Of a stretch of DNA of 64,000 nucleotides, positions 51,837-64,000 are shown piece by piece. The DNA is from Octopus bimaculoides. Lineage: Eukaryota. The position numbers and the translations under genes were made by a program. The notes under the pieces are model-generated. The model was not told the DNA's origin. It did no database searches and saw only the letters and a program-made list of their open reading frames with translations. Location of the stretch: assembly GCF_001194135.2 (NCBI RefSeq), contig NC_068987.1, positions 94,767,036 to 94,831,035 on the forward strand, in the 5' to 3' direction. How positions within the stretch are numbered: the first letter of the stretch is position 1; each line of letters starts with the position of its first letter.

Positions 51837-52561
51837 TAACATAGGGTAAAAATCATATATTAATTAATATCGATTAATTACCAGGAAGCAATTTAGGTCT
51901 TAGTAGACACAAGATGTGATCTATTTCTAGCACATTGAATGTCCACGTTAGTGGTCAACGTTATATATATATATATGTGTGTATATATATATATCATCCT
52001 CATCATCGATGACACATATATAAGACAACTAATAATTTAATGTCCACTTTTCCATGCTTGCATGGGTCACACAGAATTTGTTAAGGCAAATTATTTGGTT
52101 GCTTCATCTCCTTGTTTCTGTCAACTTTTACCAATCAAGGTAATGTTTCCACATAAATTAACGTGTTTTTCATGGATGATTAGAAATGAAAATCTTCTAT
52201 TACGTTGATGTTCATTTACAACTATCACATAATGTCTAGACATATATACATAATGCATATATATGAGTCCATTTACCAAATATAAGCACCAGGCTTTGGC
52301 CAAGAAATAGAAGACACTGAGCTGAGAAGCTGTGCAGTGGGACTGAACCCAGATTTCAGGGTTGGGAATCAAGCTTCTTAACCATGTCTGCACCAATATA
52401 TGGTTGTGTGTGTAGAAACATGTGTGTGTGTGTGTTTGTTTGTGTAGTTATATATATGTGTTTGTGTTTATATATGTGCATTATATACCTATTTGTGTGT
52501 GTTTATATATGTGCATTATATACCTATTTGTGTGTGTTTATTTTTATTTATCTATTTTTGA

Positions 52562-52621
<60 letters not shown>

Positions 52622-52722
52622 TTATATATTGGTCATTTCCTTAAATTAAATAGCAAAAGCAATATAAATAAACATAGTTACATAATTATTTGTACACAGG
52701 CACACACATACTCTCATGTACT

Positions 52723-52758
<36 letters not shown>

Positions 52759-52775
52759 CATATATATATATGTAT

Positions 52776-52806
<31 letters not shown>

Positions 52807-53477
52807 CACAAATATTTAGACAAACGTATGTACACACACATACATACAACACACACACACAGACACACACACACTCATGCATACATACATACATACATAC
52901 ATTCTCACTCACTCAAAAACTACAAACAATTCTTTTCAATGCGCTGAATATCCTTCAACTGGTACCTTCAAATGATAGAGCCTGTAGTTATTGATATTTC
53001 TGTTTCCCAATCATATTTTACCTATACACATAAAAGATGTACATAGAACATACAATGTATACCTGATTGTGCAACATGTAGAATACACAGCATTGAGTAC
53101 ACAATAGTGAAGCAATGCAGCATAGATTTATTCATGGTCTATGTTTCATACAATGCATATCTTTTCAGATCTGTAGGCACCATATTGGCAATTTATATAC
53201 TGTTAATAAAATGTGCACATATATTATTGATACAGCAATATTTTATTTCTATGTTACTTCTATAATATATGTGCACCTTAGCAAGCTGTTTGCATAAAAA
53301 GGCCCTTTTTTTTTTGTAGAAGAGAAAGAGGTGCAAGAGAAACGTTGTAGTACTAACGCTTAGTTGCAGATAGTGCATTAGTTTTAATCACTAACTTTAT
53401 TCGCTTAAATTTTATTACTAACACCATTTATGTTCTTTTTTTATATTAATCAGTCATTATCTCACTTGTTGTTATTG

Positions 53478-53517
<40 letters not shown>

Positions 53518-53943
53518 TCATTATCATCATCATTATTAATTTCGTTGTTGTTGTTGATTTGTTTTACATGAGCTCACCCAGTCTCAGCCAGAGACCTCAC
53601 GAACAGATAGTTGGCCGCTTTACTATGGGTGTTACTTACAAGTAGCAATGATATATTGTACAGCAAAGAAACTACATCCTGAGAATTAAGATTCTATCAA
53701 AAGTTTGTGGTAACATTTGTAATTTTGAAAGAGTTTTAAAGATTCAGGTATTCTCAGTTGACAGTGTGTTTTTCTCAGGTTGTGGGGCAATACCCATCAG
53801 ACCCATATCTTGTAATTCTGATACTACTCAATTGCCTGATCTGGTCAGTTCTTATAATGTATGAAAGTTTTACCTTGACTGTATCTATATTTATAGTAAG
53901 GATATCTCTGATGTATGTTGTACTCCTGTACTATGAAAGACAA

Positions 53944-54215
53944 ATCATTATCATCTTTTAACGTCTGCTTTCCATGTTGGCATGGGTTGGACAGTTTGAC
54001 TGAGAGCTGGCGAGCCAGAAGGCTGCACCAGTCTCCAGTCTGATCTGGCAAAGTTTCTACAGCCAGATGCCCTTCCTAACGCCAACCACTCTGAGAGTGT
54101 AGTGAGTGTTTTTACGTACCACCGGCATGAGGGCCAGTCAGGCGGTACTGGCATCAGCCACACTCAAATGGTACATTTTACATGCCACCTGCACAAGAGC
54201 CAGTCCGATGGTACT
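53944..54215 (-). mobile_element. Family A SINE/RTE tail copy
   Basis: atcatc...tttaacgtctgctttccatgttggcatgggttggac...gtttctacagccagatgcccttcctaacgccaaccactctgagagtgtagtg. Confidence 0.8.
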
Positions 54216-54859
54216 GGAGGATAAATGGAACAATTCTAATTATATTGATTTCTTTAGTGAGTAGTTCCTAAGATGTTGAAGGAGAATAGAAAGGTAAATG
54301 CTAAGAAGAAATAGCAAGGAATTTACATTGAGTAAAATGGTGAGATGAAACAAACAATAAAGTCATGGAGATAATAGTAAGGAAAAACAGGAATAGAGAA
54401 CCGATAATAGAATAAGAACAAGAAATAAAGCTACAAATGTGAAAGGAACCAACATATAAGGGGATTCCTGCCACTCTCAACTCTGGATTAGTCTGACCTA
54501 TCAAAGGTAAGTTCTTGCCACAACTGTAGACTTAGCTTATTTAGCCATTCCTATTTCATCATTTTTTGTATGATTTTACTGGAAAGGTATCACCTCCTCC
54601 TCCTCCTCCTCCCTATTTATGTTCTTTTTCTTCTTTTAAGTTGTTCTTGAAGCAACTGAGGAGGACTTAGCTCTGTCCCAGAATGTGACTTCTTTCAAGG
54701 AAACGTTACTCTCCCTCTTCTGAACCAATGGAAGGATAAGTTGATCGCCATGGAGTTCTTTGTGGATGGTCAGATCCTTGGAATATGATAACAGTTGTTT
54801 GATCATAATCTCCAAATCGGTAAAGCCCTAAAGTCAGCAGCACTGTCCAACATTTACTT

Positions 54860-55055
54860 ACATTACACATCCAGCAAAGCATACGAGCTTCATTCCTCTC
54901 AAACCTTCACACGTTCTCTGCGTTTAAGGCTCATTTCTTACTACCTTTGTAGACTTAATGTTCAAATGCATGCATCATACAATCTTCCTTTCACTCGGAG
55001 AGAGAAACCTTTGGTTGCCAACAGAGGTAAAACCTCTCTGAATTTTCTCCATCTT
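54860..55055 (-). mobile_element. RTE LINE ORF2 fragment
   Basis: The minus strand gives WRKFREVLPLLATKGFSLRVKGRLYDACI and ERNEARMLCWMCNV. Confidence 0.75.
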
Positions 55056-55875
55056 ATTTTTATTCTAGGAATTACATTCGTTCTACATCCTCCCCCACTA
55101 CTAACTTGGTCATCATCATCATCATCTAAAAACAGCAATCTGGTAGAATCATTAGAATCCTACTTTGTAGAATTTTGTGTGGCACTTTTTGTTCTAAGAT
55201 CAAATCTCACCCTGGGGTTTGATAAAATGAAGTTCTAGTCAAGTACTTGGGTTAATTATATTGACCAATACCCTTCCCTCAAAACAACTGACCAGTCAGT
55301 GAGATTCCATGCCTGATGCCCCAGCATGGCTGCAGTCCCATGACTGAAGCAAGGAAAAGATTAAAGATTACTTTCTGGTATTTGTCATGATGATGATGAT
55401 CATCATCATTGTATATATTAATATTGTTATAATAATCTGCACTTCCGCAAATAGTTGCATATTCATACACAACACACACACACACCTATATATATTTGTC
55501 CAATAGGTGTGTATAATCGCAAATATATCTTGCCACACACGTCATCATTGATGAAGAGAAGAATTTTCTTTTGAGACTATTTCTTCAGCAAAAGATCTTC
55601 CTATATCTGAGTGTACATGGACATATTCAATAGGATTGTACACTCCTAGATTTCATTCGATGTAGCTTTGTTTACTTCTGGTTAATATATTTACTAGGTA
55701 TTCTCTGGTGAGTTCTTATTGCTTATCTTGTTAAAATTACAGACGTTAAATGACGATGATGATGATGTATAGATGCAGACAAATATCATCATCAGTGCTT
55801 TGATGATGTATCCTCTTTGTCTCTTACTCCATTGGCACACAATCATATATTTATTTCATAATTTACTCATTTCTA

Positions 55876-55922
<47 letters not shown>

Positions 55923-57262
55923 GCATATNNNNNNNNNNNNNNNNNNNNNNNNNNNNNNNNNNNNNNNNNNNNNNNNNNNNNNNNNNNNNNNNNNNNNNNN
56001 NNNNNNNNNNNNNNNNNNNNNNNNNNNNNNNNNNNNNNNNNNNNNNNNNNNNNNNNNNNNNNNNNNNNNNNNNNNNNNNNNNNNNNNNNNNNNNNNNNNN
56101 NNNNNNNNNNNNNNNNNNNNNNNNNNNNNNNNNNNNNNNNNNNNNNNNNNNNNNNNNNNNNNNNNNNNNNNNNNNNNNNNNNNNNNNNNNNNNNNNNNNN
56201 NNNNNNNNNNNNNNNNNNNNNNNNNNNNNNNNNNNNNNNNNNNNNNNNNNNNNNNNNNNNNNNNNNNNNNNNNATATATATATATATATATATACATACA
56301 TACAACATATGTATGTATAGGGTACTTTTATGTGTATGTATGTTTGTATATGTCAGTGAACATTTTTGGTTATTCCGTAATATGTCATTAAACAGATGTC
56401 TTCATCCTGCAGCACAGTGATGCTATATATTTAAGCCAACTTGCTAAACCCCAAATTTCTCTTCAAGTTATATTCTTAAGAAAACCACTTGAAGCTAAAA
56501 GAATTCTTTTCACCTCAAGCTAACTCTAAATGTTCAAGACATGTCGCCTGGTTGTCTCTGGATGCTTTTATAACAGTTTGAGATTCTGGTTTCACTGTTC
56601 AGTGCCATTGATAAGATATTCATCAGGGATATTTAGTCTAGAGAATTCAACACACATCTTATCAACTAAAACACTTTTAATTCCCACCACAGCATCCTTG
56701 TATTAAGCAGAGATAAAAATACACATTGATTGCCTTGTTTCTACTCTGGTGGTGGAAACCAGCCCAAAATATAACTCTCTACTTCCTCCTATAACACACC
56801 AACATACACCTCTTTTGTTGCTATTTCCAGTTTAATTTATGTCTAATCAGACAATCAAATAATTTGCCAATTCAAGTTAACTCAAATCTATTGAACTGCT
56901 AAAGATAATCAACTGTAGACTACAAAAAGAAAGAAGAAACACTATTAAATGAGACTCTAAATGAATTGCTAATAAAATAACAATTCACCTTCAGTTTCAG
57001 TTTTGACCTAAAAGTAATTTATAGTTGGAAACTTTGTTTTGTTTCACAATCTAGTAGAACAGAAATTATGCTTTCCATCTACTCTGCTCTATTAACCAAC
57101 TTCCCTTGGTTAAAATCTGACATTGCACAATGATTCAAGTTCAGAGCAACTATCTAACAACTGTATTTATAATTGTCGTAATTTTGCTTATTCATTCATT
57201 AGACGTTTCGAAATAAATATATATAACAGTGGATGAATGTATTTGTGTAGGCATGTATATAA

Positions 57263-57313
<51 letters not shown>

Positions 57314-57999
57314 GTAAATATCATTGAGATTTAGATTGCTATATTATGCATATGAAAATTTAATTACAATTTTTTGTTTAGCTTTGATTGTGTGCTTCTG
57401 TTTGTTTGTGTAAAGGATTATATAATAGTGCACTTGTACTTGGTTATTATGTTAAAAATAGATTATCACAACTCTGATCTGACTCTTCTTTCATAATTGT
57501 TGCTCAATTTATCCCAGAAATATCTTTATTTATTAAAAGAAGACAAAATTAAGAATTTAAACAGATACAGATATAATACAGAGAAATTTTTTTAAAACAT
57601 TGACATTTAATTCAGGTTATTTAATTGAAGTTACACATCAACAGTTCTTCAGAGCCAGAGAATCAGGGTTTTAGATAAGAATTCTTGGGCAGATAGTTTC
57701 AATCACTTTTAGGGAGATAGCCTAGTAGAGCTGCTGTAGAGATGGATTAAAGTGTTCTTGCCTGTTGCAGGCTTCTATGAAACATGTTTATTTACATATT
57801 CCAGCCATCTAACTTAGTATCTTGCTAGTTGTAAAAACAAATGGTAATAATAATAACAATAATCATAACAATCCTTTCTTTGATACAGTAAGTTTCCTTG
57901 CCCTAGGTGTCAGAAAGACACTCGGCAAGAAATAGAAACAAAATTGAAAAAAGAAGAAAAGCAATAATAATAATGGTAGTAGTAATAGTAATAAATTGA

Positions 58000-58310
58000 T
58001 CCATCATGTCAATTTGTTTCCAGAATTATAAAGAAAGAGGATGAAAAGTTAAAAAAATATAATCCCTTAAAATTTGAAATTGCAAGAATTTGGAGTATGA
58101 AAACTGTAACAAAAAATATAGACATGCTCCATTGAGGACAACTAGAATTTTGAAATTGATGCTGAGGTGTTGAGTGTCTGCCATGATAAGTTAACATCCA
58201 AATACCAAAGCTTATGATTTGCAGAAGGAGACCCTGAGAGTCCTCTGCCAACAGGTTGCTGTCCACTCCCACAGAATCGACCAGAGCAAGTAAGACCAAG
58301 AGCTCTGAAA
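58000..58310 (+). mobile_element. R4/Dong-like non-LTR retrotransposon 3' remnant (restriction-like endonuclease)
   Basis: Peptide SRIIKKEDEKLKKYNPLKFEIARIWSMKTV resembles the RLE motif KExEKxxKYxxLxxEIxRxW. Both flanks are TAA/TAG-rich. Confidence 0.6.
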
Positions 58311-58966
58311 AAGCAAAATAATAATAATAACAAAAACAGCAGTAATAGTAGTAATGGTGGTGGTAGTAGTAGTTCTTGTAGTAGCAGCAGCAGTAGTAGC
58401 AGTAGCATCAGCAGCAGCAGCAGCAGTTCAGTGCAGCTCCAGAAAGCAATGTTATAAGGGACAGCTAGGATACTTAGGAAGTGTCTTGGCATCTAAGGTT
58501 ACTTGTTGTAGCCTGATGTTAGAATTTTTTCTTTTCCAACAGTTTAATCTGTTGTGTGTATGTGAAATAATAATAGTCTACAGTATATCATATGACCCAT
58601 TGTTGTCGTTTGCTGAATTTCTAGAACACTCCTGAATCAATGATGGTTGAGAACCATTTATTATATGCATGTTGAGGTGAACAGTTTGATGAGTGGCTAA
58701 GCTGTTCAAGCACCAATATGCTTGTGATGATCACATGTCACTTGTAAGTTTCTGTTTATCAATGTCTGTGTAACATACTTTACACATACCGATACTCAGA
58801 AGCTGACCTTCTCTACATTTAGTTAATCTAGAACTATGGATTCGTTTTATTATGAGCTGTGTGTGCAAGTTCGCTTGAATGTATATCCATTTGTATCATT
58901 TATAAAACCAGTGTTATCATCTCATATGCAGTGTAAACGGAGTTAGAATTACTAATAACTCTGAGA

Positions 58967-59043
<77 letters not shown>

Positions 59044-60677
59044 TCTTTACCTCCCTGCTGTACTCATCTATGCCTAATGAACTACCCTGAAAAGAATTTA
59101 AGTAAATTTGGAAGTAAACCCCTGATGTCTTTTCTTTCTCTATATGTTAAGTGATATGGATGTTGTAAAGAATAGATAAAGTCTCTACAATTGTCTTTCT
59201 ATCTTAAATGAAGGCATTTTACAGGTTTTGCTTTTCCATATTTTTGAGAAAGTCCTCAACACCAGATGACTGTACTTCACCTTTTCTATAAATCTGATAC
59301 ACTTTCAATGTTTATCTATATATAAATAGTTTCTTGACAAATCAGAGTCCTTCTAACTTTTCAGCTTTGCTCTTCAGAAATTTGGATTTTGAGACTGTTG
59401 ACTTTTGACATTTAGCTTTCAGGAATTAATAAAATAGACACTAATTCTAGAGATGTAAACTTATTGTACACAACCTTTGTAAAAATTCGGTTTTTATGTT
59501 TAAGAAAAATAAAAAGGAATTTATTACTTTCATGAGATTTTTTGTGTTAAACCTCTAAATTAATGTAAATGCACAAATAACCATGTGGTCTGTGTCATGT
59601 GACATGGGCAATAAAGTTGTGGCTAAGTGCCCATCTACTAAAACCTATGATGCAGTTTGAAGCTTTAGCTATTTGATTCACTTTATTCCTTGTACCTTTT
59701 GCCTTCTTTACATTATATAAAAGTCAAAATCTTAAGTGGTAACCCAATGAACCATTAAAGGTTATACAGAGCATATGTTAAAGGCTAAGAATTCGTTAAT
59801 GGTTACAGGGTTTTGGTAAATTGCAAAGGGTTCTATTTTATGTGTAGACCATCGTAACATGATATGAAATTTATTAATTGTAAAGTTTCTGGATTGTTTA
59901 GTGAATGGTGGTCTAGAGCTCAAATTCATTCTCTGCAATAGGATTGGTGAGGAATCCTGTTTTAATTCACCTGGCATGAAATTTTGTAGATAAATTAAAC
60001 TGTTGTAAGTTTAAGAGATTTGCTCCAATCTTTCATATATTGTTGTCTTTCTATGTGTGTCAATAGGTAAGCCTGAGGAAAATTTGGAATTACTCTTAAC
60101 TCAACAGACATTTATGGTTCTTAATAAAAGGTAGAAATCACATCACAAAATGCATAGACTTTGATTAGAATCCTCAATTCTATTTAAAAATTTTTTTTTT
60201 TAATAAGTTGTTTTCAGGCTGTCTTTCTTTTGTTGAGAAATTACGGTTGTAATTAATGATTTCCAATACTGGGATCAGAACCATTCCACTGTTCCAGTCG
60301 TTCTTCCTCCATTTATTCTATCATATTGACTTGCTTTATTCTTTTTAAAATTTATTTTTTCCCTGTATTATGTTAATGAAGCTTTAAAAGATGTGAAATT
60401 TTATTTAAAATACTAGTCTTCAAATCACTAAGAGCCTACATGTGTGTGCATGCGTATATATTNNNNNNNNNNNNNNNNNNNNNNNNNNNNNNNNNNNNNN
60501 NNNNNNNNNNNNNNNNNNNNNNNNNNNNNNNNNNNNNNNNNNNNNNNNNNNNNNNNNNNNNNNNNNNNNNNNNNNNNNNNNNNNNNNNNNNNNNNNNNNN
60601 NNNNNNNNNNNNNNNNNNNNNNNNNNNNNNNNNNNNNNNNNNNNNNNNNNNNNNNNNNNNNNNNNNNNNNNNNNNNN

Positions 60678-60732
<55 letters not shown>

Positions 60733-61173
60733 GTGCATGTGTGTGCATATATATACACACAGACGCACGCACACATATATAAACATATTGTATCTGTTTT
60801 TACTTATCATTGAATATTACTTTATTTCCTTCAAATATATTTTTGGGGTTTTCATTGATTTTTTTTCAAACTATTTTTTTTTTCATTTCAACCATTTTCT
60901 ATGTATGTGTTCATGTTTGTATCTATGTAGCTATCTATATATGAATATGTGTGTGTATGTATGTCTGAGTGTGTGTGTCTGTATGTGCATGTATATGTGT
61001 ATGTATATATATAAAATATTTCACACTATCATTTCTTTGTTAATTCAGTACATATTTATTTAAACAGAAGTGAATGCAAATAAAGACCTTTATAAAAATG
61101 TGTGCGCGTGTGTGTATGTATGTAGTCTCATGTTTTAAATGTATTTCCTGTTTGCATGTTTGTAATTCTCTAC

Positions 61174-61207
<34 letters not shown>

Positions 61208-61600
61208 TTTTTCCCTTCTTTTTATGTTTTTGATTTTAGAAAACCTTCCTCACATTTAAACTCTGTAAATATTACCCAATGTATTGATTGTGTTACCAAT
61301 TCAGAATTTGAAAGAGGAGTTACAAGTAGCATTTAAAAGTAAATAATAATATATCAAATATGTGTAAAACAAAACTAATAACACCTATATTAATCCACAA
61401 TCCCTGAATCCTCCAAAAATTTTACAGATCCCTAACTATATTTTTGCACCTTGTATTACCTCTTTCCACTTTATCATTTTCTCACTTGCAGCATTCAGCT
61501 AATGTTGTTTACCTATTTCTCATCTGTTCTTTTCTCCTTTCCCTCCTACCTCTTGCTCTTACCTTAAATGCCCTGTGTTTTTATGTTATAGTTGTTGTAT

Positions 61601-61658
<58 letters not shown>

Positions 61659-63143
61659 ATATATATATTTCATAATTTTTTTTTTATTGTTTTGCAACCA
61701 AGTGTTTTATGAGTGTCAGGAATGTTTTGACCAAAGCTTCGATTACCCACCCCTCTATCCAGCCTTGTTGTTGTCAATCAATTTTTTAAAAATATTTTTT
61801 TAATTTATTTTTATTTTTTTATTTTTTTATTTTTTACATAATTCATATCCAGCCACTTCCCACCAAAGTCTGCACCATTTTGAAAATAATCAAAGCAGCA
61901 AACATTCTCACAGACCTACAAACATCACTCACACATGACTAAAATATAGCCTTAATTCATTGACAATGCTATCCGTTTTTCTTCCACCATACATCGTCCA
62001 TCTTCTAGATGACAACTGATTATTATTAACTCGAACATATAACCTTCTTTAAATATTATACTGTTCTGTTTTATTTAGTTATTTTTTAAAATCTTTGTGG
62101 AAAATTACAATTAAAGAAAATGTCATTTTGATTCTAAATGCCTGGTTAACTTCCTATTTGCATTAATGTCTTCAGAAATCCCTGAGAAATCATTAATGAC
62201 ATAATCTTATGTTATATCTCACAACCCTGTACAACACCAACATTCCGCTCCCATTTAATCCCTCAGTTTTGCCTTTTGCTTATAACTGTCTACTAGCAAC
62301 AGTCTACGCAATATTACAGATGCTTCAAAATGACTTGCCTCTAGACAGGACTTCCTAAATAACATTATTTCCCCTATCATGAAATTCTACCATTTCTATA
62401 TTTCAAACAGTCTTTCCATTTCCGCTATTTTTTCTCCCTCATTCATTGTAAAACATCCTCATATATAAAATCAAACCCCAGTCACACATTCCTCTTATAT
62501 CTTATTCTCACCTTTCAACTGTTTTTATGGAAAAGAAGTATCTTATTTGATACTCTACACTTCTTTATTATAACTAAAACAAAAAAGAAAAAGAAAACAA
62601 GTATATGAGAGACAAAGAGATATAAAATGTATACATGGATGATACTTATTACAAGTTTCATAGTTTCCAATCAGAGGTATTATTATTCAAAAATAACTGC
62701 TGCAGTAGTTGAATAACTCCTCTCTGCTCAGTCGTCATCCATTGAAAAAAAAACCTTTTACAGGTATTTCTAGCTTCAATTACATCAACCTTTATAGCGG
62801 AGTATTCATTTCTCAGATCTAGAATTGAAGAGGGTTTATAGTCAGATTAGACAACTGCATTAAACAGTTTAGGCAATAGTGTTGTGATTGAAATTACAAG
62901 AGATAATTAACAAGTAATATTACAAGGTGACTAGTAGCCTTTGTTAATAGCAAGTTGCTGAATTTTTCTTTTTTTTTTGCTTTATTCAAATGTATGTTTC
63001 TCATATATTCTGTTCAACCAATCTTCCTATTTCAATGAAATTACCTAATTCTACAAATATTTACGAAATGAAAATAACATAAGCTAATGTCTACACAATG
63101 TGTCACACTGTTCAATTGTTGTTGTAGTTACTACTACTACTAC

Positions 63144-63184
<41 letters not shown>

Positions 63185-63468
63185 GGCTGATGATAAATGA
63201 TAGACTCTTTAATGTGACAATTCCTAACTGTATTTCTTGCAGCTCTTTAAGTTCAAATCCCACCAAGGTTAAATTTGCCTTACATCCCTCTGAGGTCAAT
63301 GAAATTGATTTCATCTCCTAATCTCCTCCACTGAATTTCTTGCCTTCCACATTTTCTTTGGTTTTTGGATTGAGAAAATAAAATACCAATCACCTTCAGT
63401 GATTGTTAAAAATAACAGTTCTCCCTCTCCAAATAATTACTAGGAACAGTTATTATGGAGATTTCTAA

Positions 63469-63692
63469 GGTGGTGAGCTGGCAGAAACATTAGCATGCTG
63501 GGCAAAATGCTAAGCAGTATTTTGTCTGCCAATATGTTCTGAGTTCAAATTCTACCAAGGTCGACTTTGCCTTTCATCCTTTTAGGGTCGATAAAACACA
63601 TAGCAGTTGAACACTGAGGTCGATGTAATCAACTCATCTCCGCCACCCCAAAAATGACTGCCTTTGGGGCAAAATTTGAAACCATTATTATT
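63469..63692 (+). mobile_element. tRNA-headed SINE, family B
   Basis: ggtggtgagctggcagaaacattagc...ctgagttcaaattctaccaaggtcgactttgcctttcatccttttagggtcgat...aaaatttgaaaccattatt. A partial copy lies at about 63225-63320. Confidence 0.8.
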
Positions 63693-63715
63693 TATATTTC
63701 TTCTTCTTCTTCTTC

Positions 63716-63752
<37 letters not shown>

Positions 63753-63755
<3 letters not shown>

Positions 63756-64000
63756 GTTGGTGTAGGAACATTATCTTGAGGTTTGATGACAAGTCTCCTC
63801 AGATCTCAAGAATCTTGCAGATTAGATGATGGCACAATTCTGCAGGTCAACTCTGTACTTCTCAATTCCAACATCTTTCAATCATTTAGGTAGCATTTTG
63901 GATGTTGGGCCAAGTGCACCTATTAGTACAGGAATAATTGTTCTCTTAGTCTTCCATAATCCATTCATCTCTCTCTAGCTAGATTCTGATAATCCTCTAT
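63753..64000 (-). mobile_element. R4/Dong-like non-LTR retrotransposon 3' end abutting (TAA)n
   Basis: The minus strand gives IEDYQNLARE/GLWKTKRTIIPVLIGALGPTSKMLPK*LKDVGI...DLQNCAII*SARFLR, then a short 3' UTR running directly into a (TAA)n array. Confidence 0.8.

Noticed and set aside
53775-53870. Acceptor-like tttttctcag followed by a short open frame
   Set aside because: The phase-1 translation (GCGAIPIRPISCNSD...) is not teneurin-like and ends in a stop without a donor.

Overview
AT-rich animal genomic DNA, dense in (TA)n, (CA)n and (GA)n microsatellites, with many N gaps. The repeat families look like those of an octopod cephalopod; this is inference, not a database match. The only host gene I can support is the middle of a teneurin (Ten-m/Ten-a/TENM family) on the + strand. 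Eight constitutive coding exons lie between 585 and 20961 (2531 nt, 843 full codons), and all splice phases join into one open frame running from the pre-NHL Ig/FN-plug region through the NHL beta-propeller to the start of the YD shell. The gene begins upstream of the window, and I found no further teneurin exon in 20962-64000, so the next intron is probably longer than 43 kb. The top finding is a candidate 30-nt, frame-preserving microexon at 14637-14666, too short for the ORF track. It lies in the intron that matches, in position and phase, the vertebrate NHL 'B' splice insert that switches teneurin between homophilic and latrophilin binding. Other points: a probable GC-AG donor after exon 8, and apparent loss of a conserved CxxC at the start of the NHL domain. 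The remainder is decayed transposable elements (RTE LINEs, RTE-tailed and tRNA-headed SINEs, Tc1, DD37D maT, mariner, R4/Dong-like fragments) and simple repeats. No prokaryotic features, CRISPR arrays, rRNA or tRNA genes were seen. All homology statements come from recalled family motifs; no searches were run.
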